A model generated the notes under the pieces. The model did no database searches. It was not told the DNA's origin and was given only the letters and a program-made list of their open reading frames with translations. 64,000 nt of DNA from Squalus acanthias (taxonomy: Eukaryota): NCBI GenBank assembly GCA_030390025.1, contig CM059431.1, positions 110,362,001-110,426,000 on the forward strand. The letters run 5' to 3'. The position numbers were made by a program, and so were the translations under genes. Of this stretch, positions 13,651-26,757 are shown one piece after another. Position 1 is the first letter of the stretch. Each line of letters begins with the position of its first letter.

Positions 13651-14535
13651 TTAACAAGCTGCAATATAAACTGGACCAGGCACAATCTTGCTGAATATTA
13701 GACTTTATGGGGCAGTTTATTGCTGGCCTTCCACGGAGGCCTATTTTTCCCCTCTGATGGCTTCAGACAGACCACCAAATTTTAAAAGACTGAGGAATAC
13801 TTTTCCCTAATTTGACCGGGACAAAGGAAATTTAGACATGTGTTCTTAAACTGAAAAAGAAATGTCATACACATATACAAACAAAACCTCATAAGACGTT
13901 TGTATTTGAATTGAATGGCTTGACCCCCCCTCCCGAAAACACAGAGTTTTTACTGTGTACATATGGTGAGGCCTAGTGGCCTGGGAGGGCGGAGTGCAGG
14001 CAGCTCACCTGTTGGTGGGGAGGAGGGTGACAACTTGGGACAGGACCCAGAGCCACAGAGATTCTGCCCCATTTAGATCCGGGACCAATTTCTAATTGGT
14101 GGGGCGGAGGGGGGAGGGAGGAATCAAGCAAGTGTTCTGCCTGCTCTCCCTTATGTCTTGGGGTGTTCCTTAAGGAGTTTCTGGGTTATCCTGGGAATTC
14201 AGCTCCATTGAGTGTTGACAGGAATTTCATTGAAGGCCTTGTAAATGCCCCATAACTGCCCAAGACAAAGGTAATCGATCCTGGAGGGGATTTGATTGTC
14301 CTTTTTAAAAAAAATGGCCTTTTCTCCCTCAGGGGCATCTTAATATCTTAATAGCATTGAATCTTTAGCTCTTCTCGGGCCTCAGTCTCCAATGCTGGAG
14401 CGACATGGCACCATTCTGATTATCCTACCATTCCGGGCTAGACACCTCCAAAGCGCTTTTGCTGGGAGAGGCTGCTCACTCCAATTCTGTTAATGACCCA
14501 GTCCCCATGATTTGGGACAGCGTTATTAACAGCTG

Positions 14536-14950
14536 GAAGTCAGAAGGTTGTGAGTTCAAGTCCTAGTCCAGAGACTTGAGCACAAAAATCCAGGTTGACA
14601 CTCCAGTGCAGTGCTGAGGGAGTGCTGCACTGTCAGAGGTGCCGTCTTTCGGATGAGACGTTAAACCGAGTCTGCTCTCTCAAATAGACGTAAAAGATCC
14701 CGTGGCACTATTTCGAAGAAGAGCAGGGGAGTTATCCCCGGTGTCCTGGCCAATATTTATCTCTCAATCAACATCACTAAAACAGATTATTTGGTCATTA
14801 TCGCATTGCTACTTGTGGGAGCTTGCTGTGTGCAAATTGGCTCCCACGGTGCCTACATTATAACAGTGACTTCACTTCATTGGCTGTAAAGCACTTTGGG
14901 ACATCCTGAGGTCGTGAAAGGTGCTATATAAATGCAAGTCTTTCTTTCTC
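14536..14950 (+). mobile_element. DeuSINE (SacSINE1-like)
   Basis: Homologous to 11229-11660. Confidence 0.75.
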
Positions 14951-15111
14951 ACTCTACTGGACTTCTGCCAGCTCTAGAATTTTAGGCCCAATGTTGACAT
15001 TCTGGGGTTTTCTGTACCAAAACGAGTTGGTCCATTTTCTGTGAGAGTATCTGATACTTAACCCCAAATATGCTGTCACAGAAAGAAAGAGGCCAATATC
15101 ATGATACACTA

Positions 15112-15836
15112 GGGAGGATTTTCAACTGTCGAGCGCCTGTTTCTTGCCTGAATGTGGGAGGGGGCTGTTTAAATATGCAAATCGGGGTCATAGTTGAGGT
15201 AGAGGACCCCAATTGCAGTTTTCCTCATGAAATGGGTGGTGCATACAAATTTCATGTTTGTCCCAGTCTTTTCAGGCATTGGGCGGCCCAATCAGTGGTC
15301 CTAAAAAAGGACCACCGGCGGCCGCTCATAAAAGGTACGTTTTTTTTGAAGATTGTCGTAGGGAGGCCCATTCGTACTTCTTCTGGCCCCAGAAAAATTC
15401 TCCCGGCCTGCTGCAGGCCTGTTCCTGCTCCTGCTCCCACCCCACCACCAGCAGGCCCGACCAATGTTCCCGTTTAGCGGCCGCGCAGCTGTCTGGAGCT
15501 CCCGCACAGGCCGCTTGCCGGTTTCCCAGTGGAGAAACCGCACATGCGCGGAAGTTTGAATGGGCTGCGCAGTCCCTTAAAGGGGCCGCGCACCCCAAAA
15601 AAAAAATGACAGGGAACATTGGGCCCTACCTGCTGGCCACCTGCGTGCAGAAGACGGCAGACTTTCTGCCGCACCGAAAACACCAAGCTGCAGCAAAGCA
15701 CCCGATTGGCGCCTGCAGTAATATTTAAAAGAGGCCTGCACCTAATAGTGGGATTCGAGCCTCCTAACTGTGGCCTTGGGTGGTCACTGTGGGCCCACCA
15801 CCAATATCACACCTGGGCCCGACTTGAAAATCTCCC
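15112..15836. mobile_element. GC-rich MITE
   Basis: GGGAGGATTTTCAA ... TTGAAAATCTCCC terminal inverted repeats. Confidence 0.6.
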
Positions 15837-16528
15837 TTTTCACGGACAAAAAATGTTTCCAGCATGTAAATAGCAGTTTGTGTAGACGCACCTCCGCAGT
15901 GGCAGTTATTTTATTGTTAGTTTGGTTTCACACTGGGCTACTTTCAGTCCAAACTAATGGCAGCAATCTGGTTATCTTACCTTGCAGGGGAGTTGTCTTG
16001 TTATACACAACTGGGAAGAAACAGAACGTACCTATTTATCATTGTATGTCTCACCACAAAACCCCATTCGTCATTCTGGGAGTTGGGTGCTAGTTTGTGT
16101 ATGGAGACAGGCGTGACTGTTTATTGCTTAGTGAATGGATTCTGAGGTTATTTTAGGCCATGAAAGGAATGTAAAAGCTGACATCTTGAAATGTAACAGA
16201 TATTCGACCCTATGGAGAAAAAATGTTTCTTTCTTTGTCAGCATAAAGTGAGTGTGTATATAAAATACCCTTTATTGTTCAGCAGGATTAATGCAAATCC
16301 ACAGTAAAGGATCTATCTGTGTTTTATTCACTCTCAATCTTTCTATGGTCTGTTTAATGAATAAAAGTCTGTTCTTTCTTTGCTCTCTTCTGCTGCCTTT
16401 CTTTCTGTCTCTTACCGTCTATTCCTTTTATTTTTTTCCACCACCCTCTACTTCTATTTCTGTTTCTTTTTTATTCATTTTACAGTCTCATGTGCTTTTT
16501 TTCCTTCTGTTTCTGCTTCCACGACCAT

Positions 16529-17393
16529 GGCTGGAATTTCCTGAGGTAAGAGTGGGCGGGTTGGAGGCGTGGGGGGGGGGAAGTGAACCCTGACCCCAAC
16601 CCGCCTCCAACCCGCCCACTTTCACCTTTCACTCAGGCGGGACGGGGGGATGGGCTGCCAACCCGCGACCAAGAGGCGGGTTGGCAATTTACATATGATA
16701 ATGAGGCCTCGACTGAAGCCTCTACTTTAACCTGCTTTGTAGGTTTTACTGCAGGCAGCCGGGGATCCCGGGGCTCGGGATTCCCAGTGGCTGCAACGAG
16801 GCGGCCTCAGCCTCAAGGAGCAATGCTTGGGGGACGGAAGGAGCAGGAGTGCTTTCTCCCGGCCCACCCAAGCTCCCCCACCATCAGCCTGGCCCTCCCC
16901 GGGGTTGGGAATCCGACCCCCCCCCCCCAGAGATCGGAGCCCTCCCCCCGGGCCTGGAACACCCCCCCTCCCCCACCAGGATCGCAATTCGGCCCCGGAG
17001 TCTGGAATCGGACCCCCCCCCCCACCCTGGAGACAGGGATCGGCCCGTCTGGGCCTGGAACCACCCCTCTCCGGGAGATCGAACCCCCACTCCGGGGGAT
17101 CGGACCCAACCCCCTGGGGGATCAGAACCCCCCCCGGACTTGGATCCCCCGCCCCCACCATCCTGGGCCTAGCACTTATCTGTTGCTGCGGCCTCCTTCT
17201 ACGAGTTCCCCTGCACGACTGGAAGCCAACCTGTCAATCAGGCTGACTTCCAGGAGGGGGAACCCACCCCTGATGTCGCATGCACGCTGGAGTTAAAACC
17301 CCACAGTGTGCCGGGATACCTGACCTTCCGGGTCTCCCGCTGTCTCCTGGGTCCCCCCCGCACCTTGCAGGTGGGACCCGGAAAAATCCAGCC
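16529..17393. mobile_element. GC-rich MITE with internal C-rich low-complexity repeats
   Basis: GGCTGGAATTT ... AAATCCAGCC terminal inverted ends; recurring GATCGGxCCCCC units. Confidence 0.55.
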
Positions 17394-18024
17394 TGTTTTA
17401 TTTCTGCTTAATTTTCTTAAACTTCTCCTGATTCCTTCTTCTGTGCCTGACATTGCTTCCTTTTCAGATCTCACTAAAGTGGTGCGTAAGGGAAACAATA
17501 TTCATAAGATAGTCATTTCATGGTGGGGCCATAGTTACTTCATGGACAAAAGTGGCATGTTAAATAATGTCCATTTGCTCACGCAGGCTCAGTTATACTT
17601 CCCGGTCCGGCAACGCCTCGATTTTGAAATTCTCTTCCTCATTTTCAAATCCCTCCATGGCCTCGCCCCTCCCTATCTCTGTAACTTCCTCCAGCCCTAC
17701 AACTCTCTGAGATCACTAGCCTCCTAAAATTCTGGCCTCTTGCGCATCCCTGATTATAATCGCTCCACCTTTAAGGAGATGGACTATTGGTTCATTGTTC
17801 ATCAAGGACCCAGATGCCCCGTTGACCTCGCTGTGCCGTTATCAGCTCGCACGTCCAGCAGTTTGCGGCGCAAACTTTTTTCAAGCTGGCGGGTGAGGGA
17901 AAAAATTCCAATTCACGGGACAGGCCTTGAGGTGCCCCGCTTCAGCAAATACTGGGCCAAAATTATCAAAATTCGCTGCCACCACAAAGGTTGGAGGTTT
18001 GGTGAACAGCAAGGCAAACTGTGA

Positions 18025-18745
18025 AAGACTTTAGGAGTGCATAGACAAGTTAGTAGAATGGGCAGACAGGTAGCAGATGTAACTTAATGCGGAGAAGTGT
18101 GAGATACTGCATTTTGAGTAGAAAGACCATGAAGAATGCGGATGAATAATAGCCTAAAAAGTGCGAGTGCAGTTGATAAAGCCATAAAAAGGGCCAATAG
18201 TGCTTTGGATTTTACAAATAGCAACATGAAAGTACAAGAGCAAAGAGGTAATGATACATTTGTCCGAAGCAATGGTTAGGATACAGTTGGAATCTAATGG
18301 ATGCTCAATTGTAAAAAAAAAAGACATGAAGGCAATAGAAAGCATACAGCAAAGATTTACCAGGATAAAACCAGAAATGAGAAACCATAATCATGAGGAG
18401 AGACTTGAGATAGTGGGACTATTTTAATTGGAGCAGCGAAAGTGAAGAGGAAATTGAATAGAGATATTTAGAATTATGACGACTAGTTCCTTTGGTTAGG
18501 GTGTCAGAGATTCTGAGAGTGAGGAGAAAGGTTAGGAGAAATGTTTTGATGCCGAGTATTGTTAAAGCATTGCAATCTTTACCACAGGTAATGGTTGAGA
18601 ATGTTGCATGGATAATGGATAACTATTTGAAGTAGAGGAAGATAGATGGCAATGGGAAGAGAGGAGATCAATGAGATTACGTTTGAATTGCTCTCAGGAC
18701 AGACTCAATGGCCAAATGACTTCCTTTTCTGTGGTGCAAACTTCT
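18025..18745 (+). mobile_element. Old, degenerate CR1 3' region
   Basis: Residual similarity to the CR1 RT C-terminus (…GAATGGGCAGAC…AAGTGTGAG…CATTTTG…). Confidence 0.55.
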
Positions 18746-20571
18746 ATGGCTTTGCAATACTATCAACTTAACTGGGGAGTAGTGGAATTTGGAATGACAC
18801 CCTGTTACTGTCAAAAACAGACCTACAGACATACAGTGGTAAGTTAAAAATATTCTGGGTTGCAAATTGTGCCCGATTGTCTGATCTGTGCTCCTCTCTA
18901 GTGAGACTCCATGCCAGGAGCACGAACTCGTACAATGTACCCGAATATATGCCAACATGCTTACAAGGAGTTTCACTCTGCTTGACCAGTGAAACGGCCA
19001 GTGGTGTACTTCAGCACTGCTGCTCTGTGTCGCTCTAAGCAGGTACCAGGTTTCCAACTGGTAAGACATCTCCATTAAGGTTGAGTAGAGAACTTTGAAA
19101 ATATTTTTAACTGTCTTCTATAGTTCACAAGCTGATGGCATAAGTTAACTGCATTCTTTGTACATTTTCCGTTGTGATTATAATCGCTAAATGATTCACA
19201 CTGATAGCAGTTTGCATGTTACCAAACTTTGTGATTGTTTTGCAAAATAAAGAAAATTCCAAACTACAGTGTTTGATGATGGCGCATCCAATAGAACATG
19301 TAGCTAACTATCGCTGTGTGCATATCTCAGTTAAAATTATTTAAAGATAACCCAATTTAACAATGAAGCTCCTACTTACATTGAAAAGATTTGTACAAAT
19401 GCTGAATGATTATACATCACTCCAGCTCAGAGCATACAAGAGTACAAGATGTTTACTGTAATCATATCCCCAGCAGCAATTGCATTACTATCCTGTAATT
19501 ATCACTGGGATAATAGCCAGACAAGTCATTGGGTTTAAGACAGAAAGGAGGGCGGGGGTGGGGGGAAGGAATGTAGACAAAAGCTGGCTCAGTCGGACTA
19601 ACTCACAGATCACTTACCTGTGAGAGATAGCTTTCCTCTTGGCTGACATGGTGTAATAGATAAAATGTCCTTGTACCCAAGGAGGCCCCAAATTCCAGCT
19701 TGGAATTGAAGGTCAATTTTCACTTGAGGGCTGCGGTGTTCGATGTCTCAAGTGAAACGTGTTGTCCTTTAGTAGCATTGTCCATTTATATATCAGTAAG
19801 CATCTATCCGCAGTACAAAAAAATGTCACCAGCCCAATAAACCCCACATGTGAAACGGTTGAACTAAGTGTCCAGGGACAAGCACTGTCAACAAGGCTAG
19901 TTTTATCTTTGGTCAAATGTGGAGATCAATCTGCATTGGTATTAACTCAGTCTTAATTCCTGAACGATTTTAAAGATTTTAAATAAAGTGCACATTATGA
20001 AGACCTACCTCTGTGCAGTTTTTGATTTCTCCTCACTCTCAATTTTATCCCCCTTTCCTTTCCTGAAGGTGCTGACTCACTCATACGAGGGTACAAATTC
20101 ACAAGCACCAACAGCTGCTGTGTCTATATAAGTCTTTAGAATGAGTGTTCTGAGATTATTTTATCATGACAGCATTACAAAATACCCACACATGCACTTC
20201 TCAGAAGGGTGTAGCAAAGACCCTGGCTGATATATTTTCCTTTCACTAGCTGAGTCGCAGAGAATGTCATAAGTGCACCTGGTTAAGGCCATAGTGGTGT
20301 GACGGGAGTAGTAGTAACCTGGTTAGATGGATTCAAACAGTGAGTTATGAGAGAGATGGACGTGGATCTGGGAGGTGGTAACATATTAAAGCCTATAGGC
20401 ACTGACACAATCAAACTTCCTTTTTTTTAAAATTAAGTTTGGACTTGAGAGGAATATTTGTGCAGTTCTGTAACTTTAGATTGTATATACTTCCTTGCAG
20501 ACTTAGACAATCTCTGACTGGGCTCTGTGGATTGCCCTCAATTCATTCCACTCTTGCCTATTCAAATGTAG

Positions 20572-21320
20572 GTCATGATGTGGAGATGCCGGCGTTGGAC
20601 TGGGGTGGACAAAAATGAGAAGTCGCACAACACCAGGTTATAGTCCAACAGATTTATTTAATTTTACAAGCTTTCGAAGCAGTTCGCTCCTTCGTCAGGT
20701 AAGTTAGCAATGAGAGAATCTCCCAGAATTCACAATTTAAACCCAGACAAAATCTATTCACATTATTCCCTACAACAAAGAGCACAGCCAAGACAATGAG
20801 ATGTGTCCAGGCAGGAGGGTTGCCTCCCAGTCGGGGAACACTTCAGCAGCCAGGGGCATTCAGCCTCGGATCTGCAGGTAAGCGTTCTCCAAGGCGACCT
20901 TCGAGATACACGACAGCGCAAAATCATAGAGCAGAAACTGATAGCCAAGTTCCGCACTCATGAGGATGGCCTCAATCGCGATATCGGGTTCATGTCACGA
21001 TACAGAACGTGACTTGACATCATGGCCGGTCTTCCCAGGGTTTTTTTTTTAAAGAGACTAACACAAGAACACAAATTGACAGGATATGCAGCCAGCAGGT
21101 GGTTTGACACGTTGGACCCCCTGGGACACATCTCATTGTCTTGGCTGTGCTCTTTGATGTAGGGAAAGATTTGAATATATTTTGTCTGTGTTTAAATTGT
21201 GAATTCTGGGAAATTCTCTCACTGCTAACTTACCTGACGAAGGAGCGAACTGTTCCGAAAGCTTGTAAAATTAAATAAATCTGTTGGACTATAACCTGGT
21301 GTTGTGCGACTTCTCATTTT
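20572..21320 (+). mobile_element. Penelope-like insertion with inverted pLTR and 13-bp TSD
   Basis: ~200-bp inverted arms (20611-20809 vs 21124-21320); GIY-YIG C-terminus (PVGEHFSSQGHSASDLQVSVL...EQKLIAKFRTHEDGLNRD); TATTCAAATGTAG at 20559-20571 and 21321-21333. Confidence 0.85.
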
Positions 21321-21374
21321 TATTCAAATGTAGCTAGAGAATCCCTAGAAATGGCTTCTCTTCACACGGTTACC

Positions 21375-22110
21375 TCAGGAATCCCCTAGTATGGTCGGCT
21401 CCTCATCCTTATCTACATGGTGCTCCTTGGCAACATCATCCGCAGATGCAAGGTCATAGTCTCTCTGTCACAAATACCACTTGCTTCTATCTCAGTAAAT
21501 GGCCTGTTTCAGCTCGAACTCCACCCCATCTGCCACTGAAACTCTCCTCTGTGCCTTCCGTCATACCCAGACTTGACTACTCCAATGCTCAATTGGTCGA
21601 TCTCCCTTCCTCCGTAATCTTCAGCTCATCCAAAACTCTACTGCCCTTATCCTGCCCCACACCAAGTCCCACTTGCCCATCACCCATGTTCTCACTGATC
21701 TACATTGGCTCCAGGTCCCTCAATGACTGAAAATTTAAATTCTCATCCTAGTGTTTAAACCACTTCATGACCTTGCTCTCCCTATCTATTTAACCTACAA
21801 TGTGCTCCGCAAGGTCTCCATTCATCTGACTCTTGCCTCTTGAGTATCCCTCCCTCCCTTTACCCCACATTGGAGGCTGCGGCTTCAGCCATCTAGGCCT
21901 CATGGTCTAGAATTCCGGCCCTAAACCCCTCCATCTCTCTCTTTTCCTTTAAGACCCTCTTTACAGTCTACCTCTTTGACTAAGCTTCTGGTTACCCCTT
22001 CTAATATATCCTTCTATGGTTCAGCATCCATTGTTGCGATACATCTCCGTGAAGCACTTTGAGATGCTTTTCTATATTAAAGGCGCTATACAAATGCATG
22101 TTGCTGTTGT
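21375..22110 (+). mobile_element. Degenerate L2 LINE 3' region
   Basis: RLDYSNA motif and an L2 3' end AAAGGCGCTATACAAATGC. Confidence 0.7.
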
Positions 22111-22128
22111 TTTTATTGTAAATACTAG

Positions 22129-22871
22129 GGGCTAGAAATTCGGTGCAATTGCGCCTCTCATTAGCGCCCCTAAGGGGTGCAAACGACTTTTCACCCAGGC
22201 GCGGCGCCGCTAACGACTCCCGCTATGTTCAGCGGGAGTTTAGTGGCGGCGGTAACCGGTAGTGCCCTGCTCCGCTATGCAGATGATGACGACATCACCG
22301 TGCGTAGTGCCTCGTTTTCGCCCCGCCTACAAAATCGGCCGCACGCCCCCTGAATCTGCGCCGGGCGATGACAGCGACTGATTCAGGAGGCGGGAACGGA
22401 GCGGCAGGAGGCTCGCGGGGTGGTAAGTAAAGGGGAGGTGGCGGGCAGGGGGAAAAAAAATCGTCCGACTTACTTGTCACGGCCTGTTGCGTCTTTGAAC
22501 GCGGGGTCTGTGCCGCGATCTGGCAGCCTGGCACTCCTCTTGTGTGCCGGGCTGCTGGCACGGCACCCCGCTCCCCGGTGGTCCAGGTAGGGCCCCGCAG
22601 AGTTGTGGGCTTGGGCCCTCCCCTTTAATGAGGGGAGGAGCCCTTCCATGCGGCAGCGCTTCGTGGCCCAGTGCGTAGTGCTGCAGAACGCACCGCCCCG
22701 GTATTCGGGGTTAGCGCTCTAAGAAAGAAGTGGAGAGCTTGAATTAGTGCGCCACCTCCCTCTTGGGGCGCTAAAACTGAAGTTAGCGATTGCCGGCGCT
22801 ATTTTTCACGGCGCTAAATTTCGCACCCAGGCGATGCTAAGCAAAATGGTCGCTAACGAATTTTTCCTCCG
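22129..22871. mobile_element. Harbinger-type MITE
   Basis: GGGCTAGAAATTCG ... CGAATTTTTCCTCC ends with TAG on both flanks; internal similarity to 41022-41700 in reverse orientation. Confidence 0.65.
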
Positions 22872-23706
22872 TAGAACTTTACTTTATTTAGTTCAGGGTT
22901 AACAGGCCTCCAACTATATCTTTCACTATTTCTGCTTTGTTTAAATATAGGAAAAGCGATGAGGATGTAAATTAGAGCAGAGATACTTCACCTTTAAGTG
23001 TTCTTAAAGGCTCAAGTTTGGTGCAGCTTCTATTTCTGTTACTGTCTGGTATGTCCTATAGGTTAAAAAATAGCACATTTTAAAAAAGCAGTTAGCATTA
23101 AGTGTAACCAGATCTGGCATCAGTTGTGTTTAAATAGCTGTTTTGTTTTGGGAGTTGTTGGGAAGCTGCTAACAGACATTTGACACACTGGGTTTGTTGA
23201 TCAACCCTAAATCCATAGATGGTGAATAAAAATAACATTGGACGCAAAATATCCACACAAAATATCTCAGTCACTACATACCGTCAGAGTGATGGAAAAT
23301 CTTGGCAAACAAGACAACTCTGTTTTAGTATTCAGGAGCAAACAGATTTTTTACTATGAAAAGACTTCATGCCTCAGGCACATTGGGTAAACATGTGGTG
23401 ATACTGTGCATAGCCTCTACAACTCCAGCAGAGCGGAGGCAAGTGGTTCCACACTCCAACTCGACTAACCTGTATTTCTAGATCTATCCAGAAGATTCTG
23501 CAGCCTCGGTTCATTTGTCTTTTAAACAGTTGCCTGAAGCCCTGCAGGTAAAGTTCTCACATTTTAACACCCTGCAACCCATGAGAAAAAGTAATGACAT
23601 TTGACCTTTTGAAAACTCAGATGCGACAGTCTCGTTCAACACTGCCGATGGCACTCTCAGTCTCAGCGATAATTATACCCAAACATAATACATGCTTTTA
23701 TTAGTC

Positions 23707-24250
23707 ACTTTAATTCTCCGCTCCACTCCCACTCTGACCTCACCATCCTCGGCCTATTACACTGTTCCACGGAAGCTCAGCGTAAGCTCGAGGAACAGCA
23801 CCTCATCTTTCGTTTAGGCACCCTACAGCCCTCTGGACTCCACATCGAGTTCAACAATTTTAGATCATAACCTCGGCCCCTATCACATTTATATTTTATT
23901 TTTTCATCCACCCATTTGTGTGGCCCCCCCTTTTTTTTCCCTCCCAGAAGCTGGCAGCTGTCCTTCATTCTGCCAGTGCATTTCACACATCTTTTAGCCT
24001 CAACCTGTCACATTAACACGTCCTCTTGCCTGGATCATCTCTTAATGTCTCTCAATGTCTCTTAATCTCTCCTTTTGTTCTTTCATCCCCTCCCTCTTTT
24101 CCCAGCTTTATACTTGCTTTAAATCTATTTCATTTCCTGCTTTTTTCCAGTTCTGACGAAAGGTCTTCGACCTGAAACGTTAACTCTGTTTCTCTCTCCA
24201 CGGATGCTGCCTGGCCTGCTGAGTTTTTCCAGCGTTTTCTGTTGTTATTT
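23707..24250 (+). mobile_element. Penelope-like 3' fragment with hammerhead core (24153-24180)
   Basis: Homologous to 8408-8970. Confidence 0.8.
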
Positions 24251-24321
24251 CTTTTATTAGGGGAGTTCTCCCCGGTGTCCTGGGCCAATATTTATATCGC
24301 AAACAACATCACTAAACAGAT

Positions 24322-24873
24322 ACAAAAAGAAAATACTGCAGATGCTGGAAATCTGAAATAAAAACAGAAAATGCTGGAGATACTCAGCAGGTCAGGCAGC
24401 ATCTGTGAAGAGAGAAACAGAGTTAACGTTTCAGGTCGATGACCTTTCGTCAGAACTGGAAAAAAGCAGGAAATGGAACAGATTTTAAAGCAAGTTTAGG
24501 GACTGGGAAATGGGGGGGGGGGGATGAAAGAACAAAAGGGAAGGTCTGTGATAGGATAAAAGGCAGGAGAATTAAAGAGACATTAAGAGATATTCAAGGC
24601 AAAAGGAGATGGTAATGGGACAGGTTAAGAAATAAAGGATGGCTCTAGATGAAGTGTGAATTGCGCTGGCAGAATGAAAGACAGCTGCCATGTGGGAGAG
24701 AAGAACAAAAGGCACAAACAAAAAGTGTGGATAAAAAATATATATATGATAGGGGCCGAGGTTATGGTCTGAAATTGTTGAACTCTATGTTGAGTCCAGA
24801 GGGCTGTAGAGTGCCTAATCGAAAGATGAGGTGCTGTTCCTCGACCTTACGCTGAGCTTCCGTGGAACAATGC
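24322..24873 (-). mobile_element. Penelope-like 3' fragment on the reverse strand with hammerhead core (24427-24453), inserted in a DeuSINE remnant
   Basis: Reverse complement of the 8460-9000 family; SINE pieces at ~24259-24321 and ~24940-25050. Confidence 0.8.
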
Positions 24874-25402
24874 ATCCATCATCAATTTTTCCACGTGTCT
24901 TAGCAACATAACACCAGAACAGCCTCTGTGCTCACAGTAAGCTCCTACATTACAACATTGACAACACTTCAAAAGCACTTCATTGGCTGTAAAGCGCTTT
25001 GGGGTGTCCTGAGACCATGAAAGGCGCTATATAAATGCAGGTCTTTCTTTTCTTAGTTTCAAAATCTTGATGACAGATAGCACTCAAAACAGTTTATTTT
25101 TGGAGAACTGTGCATGACACCTTCTATAAAGATGTCATATTATGCACATATAATAATGATTGCTGAATCTTTGTCTGGGATGCTACATAACTAAACAAAA
25201 AGCAAAATACTGCCGATGCTGGAAATGTGACAACTAAAACAGAGAAAGCTGGGAATACTCAGCAGGTCAGGCAGCATCTGTGGAGAAACAGAAATCATCA
25301 ACATCAACAGACCTGTCTTTTTACAGAAGCTGCTGCCTGACCTGTTGAGTACTCCCAGCATTTTCTTTTTTGTTGCTAAATAACTAATACCTGTGTTTAA
25401 AT

Positions 25403-25727
25403 AAGAACATAAGAAATAGCAGCAGGAGTGGGCCATACGGCCCCTCGAGCCTGCTCCGCCATTATAAAGATCATGGCTAGTCTTCTACCTCAACTCCACT
25501 TTCCCGCCCATTCCCCTTATCCCTTGATTCTCTTTGTGACTAAAAATCTAGCGATCTCGGTCTTGAATATACTCAACGACTGAGCCTCCACAGCCCTCTG
25601 GGGTAGAGAATTCCAAAGATTCACAACCCTCTGAGTGAAGAAATTTCTCCCCATCTCAGTCCTAAATGGCCGATCCCTTATCCTGAGACGATGACCTCTA
25701 ATTCTAGACTCTCCAGCCAGGGGAATC
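25403..25727 (-). mobile_element. CR1 LINE 3' fragment
   Basis: Encodes RIRGHRLRIR.RPFRTEMGRNFFTQRVVNLWNSLPQ; reverse TTCTTATG tail. Confidence 0.8.
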
Positions 25728-26317
25728 CAGCCAGAATCACCGAATGAACTGATGTCTCTTTTTTTGCCCATATGTAATGTTTGGGCAGCATTCAACTGAG
25801 GTCCTAACTAGCCATGAGTCCGCAACAATAACCCACTGCTATTTTGGCACTCATTGTCAGTCTCATTCAGAATGGCCACACGGATGGCTGGTGTGGAAAT
25901 AGAAAGCACACACTGTGTTCTCTAGCCTTGCGGTACATTATCCAACAATCTGAGTAATTGTTACAAGGTACACAGTGTATCTTTCTTCACATCACGATCC
26001 CACATTGGGCCAAGGTTTTCCGGTTCTTCCCTCATCAGTCTGCGATTTGTTTCCGCCGTTCATTTTAATGGAGGGGAATATCACGGTCTGGTGAGCCCGG
26101 TAGCTGAAAACCCTGATCTAGATGTCAGAACTTTGGTTATTTAAACAAACATGCCAATGGTAGAGGTACGTTACTGGAGTCTGCTGGATCTGATGTTTAT
26201 ATAACAAGAAAACTCAATAACACACGAGTGACAAAGACAACCTAAGTGTGTTTTGACTTTGGGTTCACAAACTAGATCTATGTCACACTCAATAGAAACT
26301 TGCTAAGGATTATATAT

Positions 26318-26757
26318 TCCTCCAGCCCTACAACCCTCCGAGATCTCTGTAATCTCCTCCAGCCCTACAACCCTCCGAGATCTCTGTAATCTCCTCCAGC
26401 CCTACAACCCTCCGAGATCTCTGTAATATCCTCCAGCCCTACAACCCTCCGAGATCTCTGTAATCTCCTCCAGCCCTACAACCCTCCGAGATCTCTGTAA
26501 TCTCCTCCAGCCCTACAACCCTCCGAGATCTCTGTAATCTCCTCCAGCCCTACAACCCTCCGAGATCTCTGTAATCTCCTCCAGCCCTACAACCCTCCGA
26601 TATCTCTGTAATCTCCTCCAGCCCTACAACCCTCCGAGATCTCTGTAATCTCCTCCAGCCCTACAACCCTCCGAGATCTCTGTAATCTCCTCCAGCCCTA
26701 CAACCCTCCGATATCTCTGTAATCTCCTCCAGCCCTACAACCCTCCGAGATCTCTGC
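26318..26757 (+). repeat. 37-bp minisatellite, ~12 copies, derived from L2 sequence
   Basis: Unit CTCCTCCAGCCCTACAACCCTCCGAGATCTCTGTAAT repeated in tandem. Confidence 0.95.

Noticed and set aside
15070..15873. Cluster of overlapping ORFs
   Set aside because: GC-rich MITE interior with no coding signature
16583..17296. 237-aa Pro-rich ORF and overlapping ORFs
   Set aside because: Stop-poor C-rich MITE interior with ORFs in several frames on both strands
26318..26757. CRISPR-like regular repeats
   Set aside because: Head-to-tail repeats without unique spacers, eukaryotic context, no cas genes
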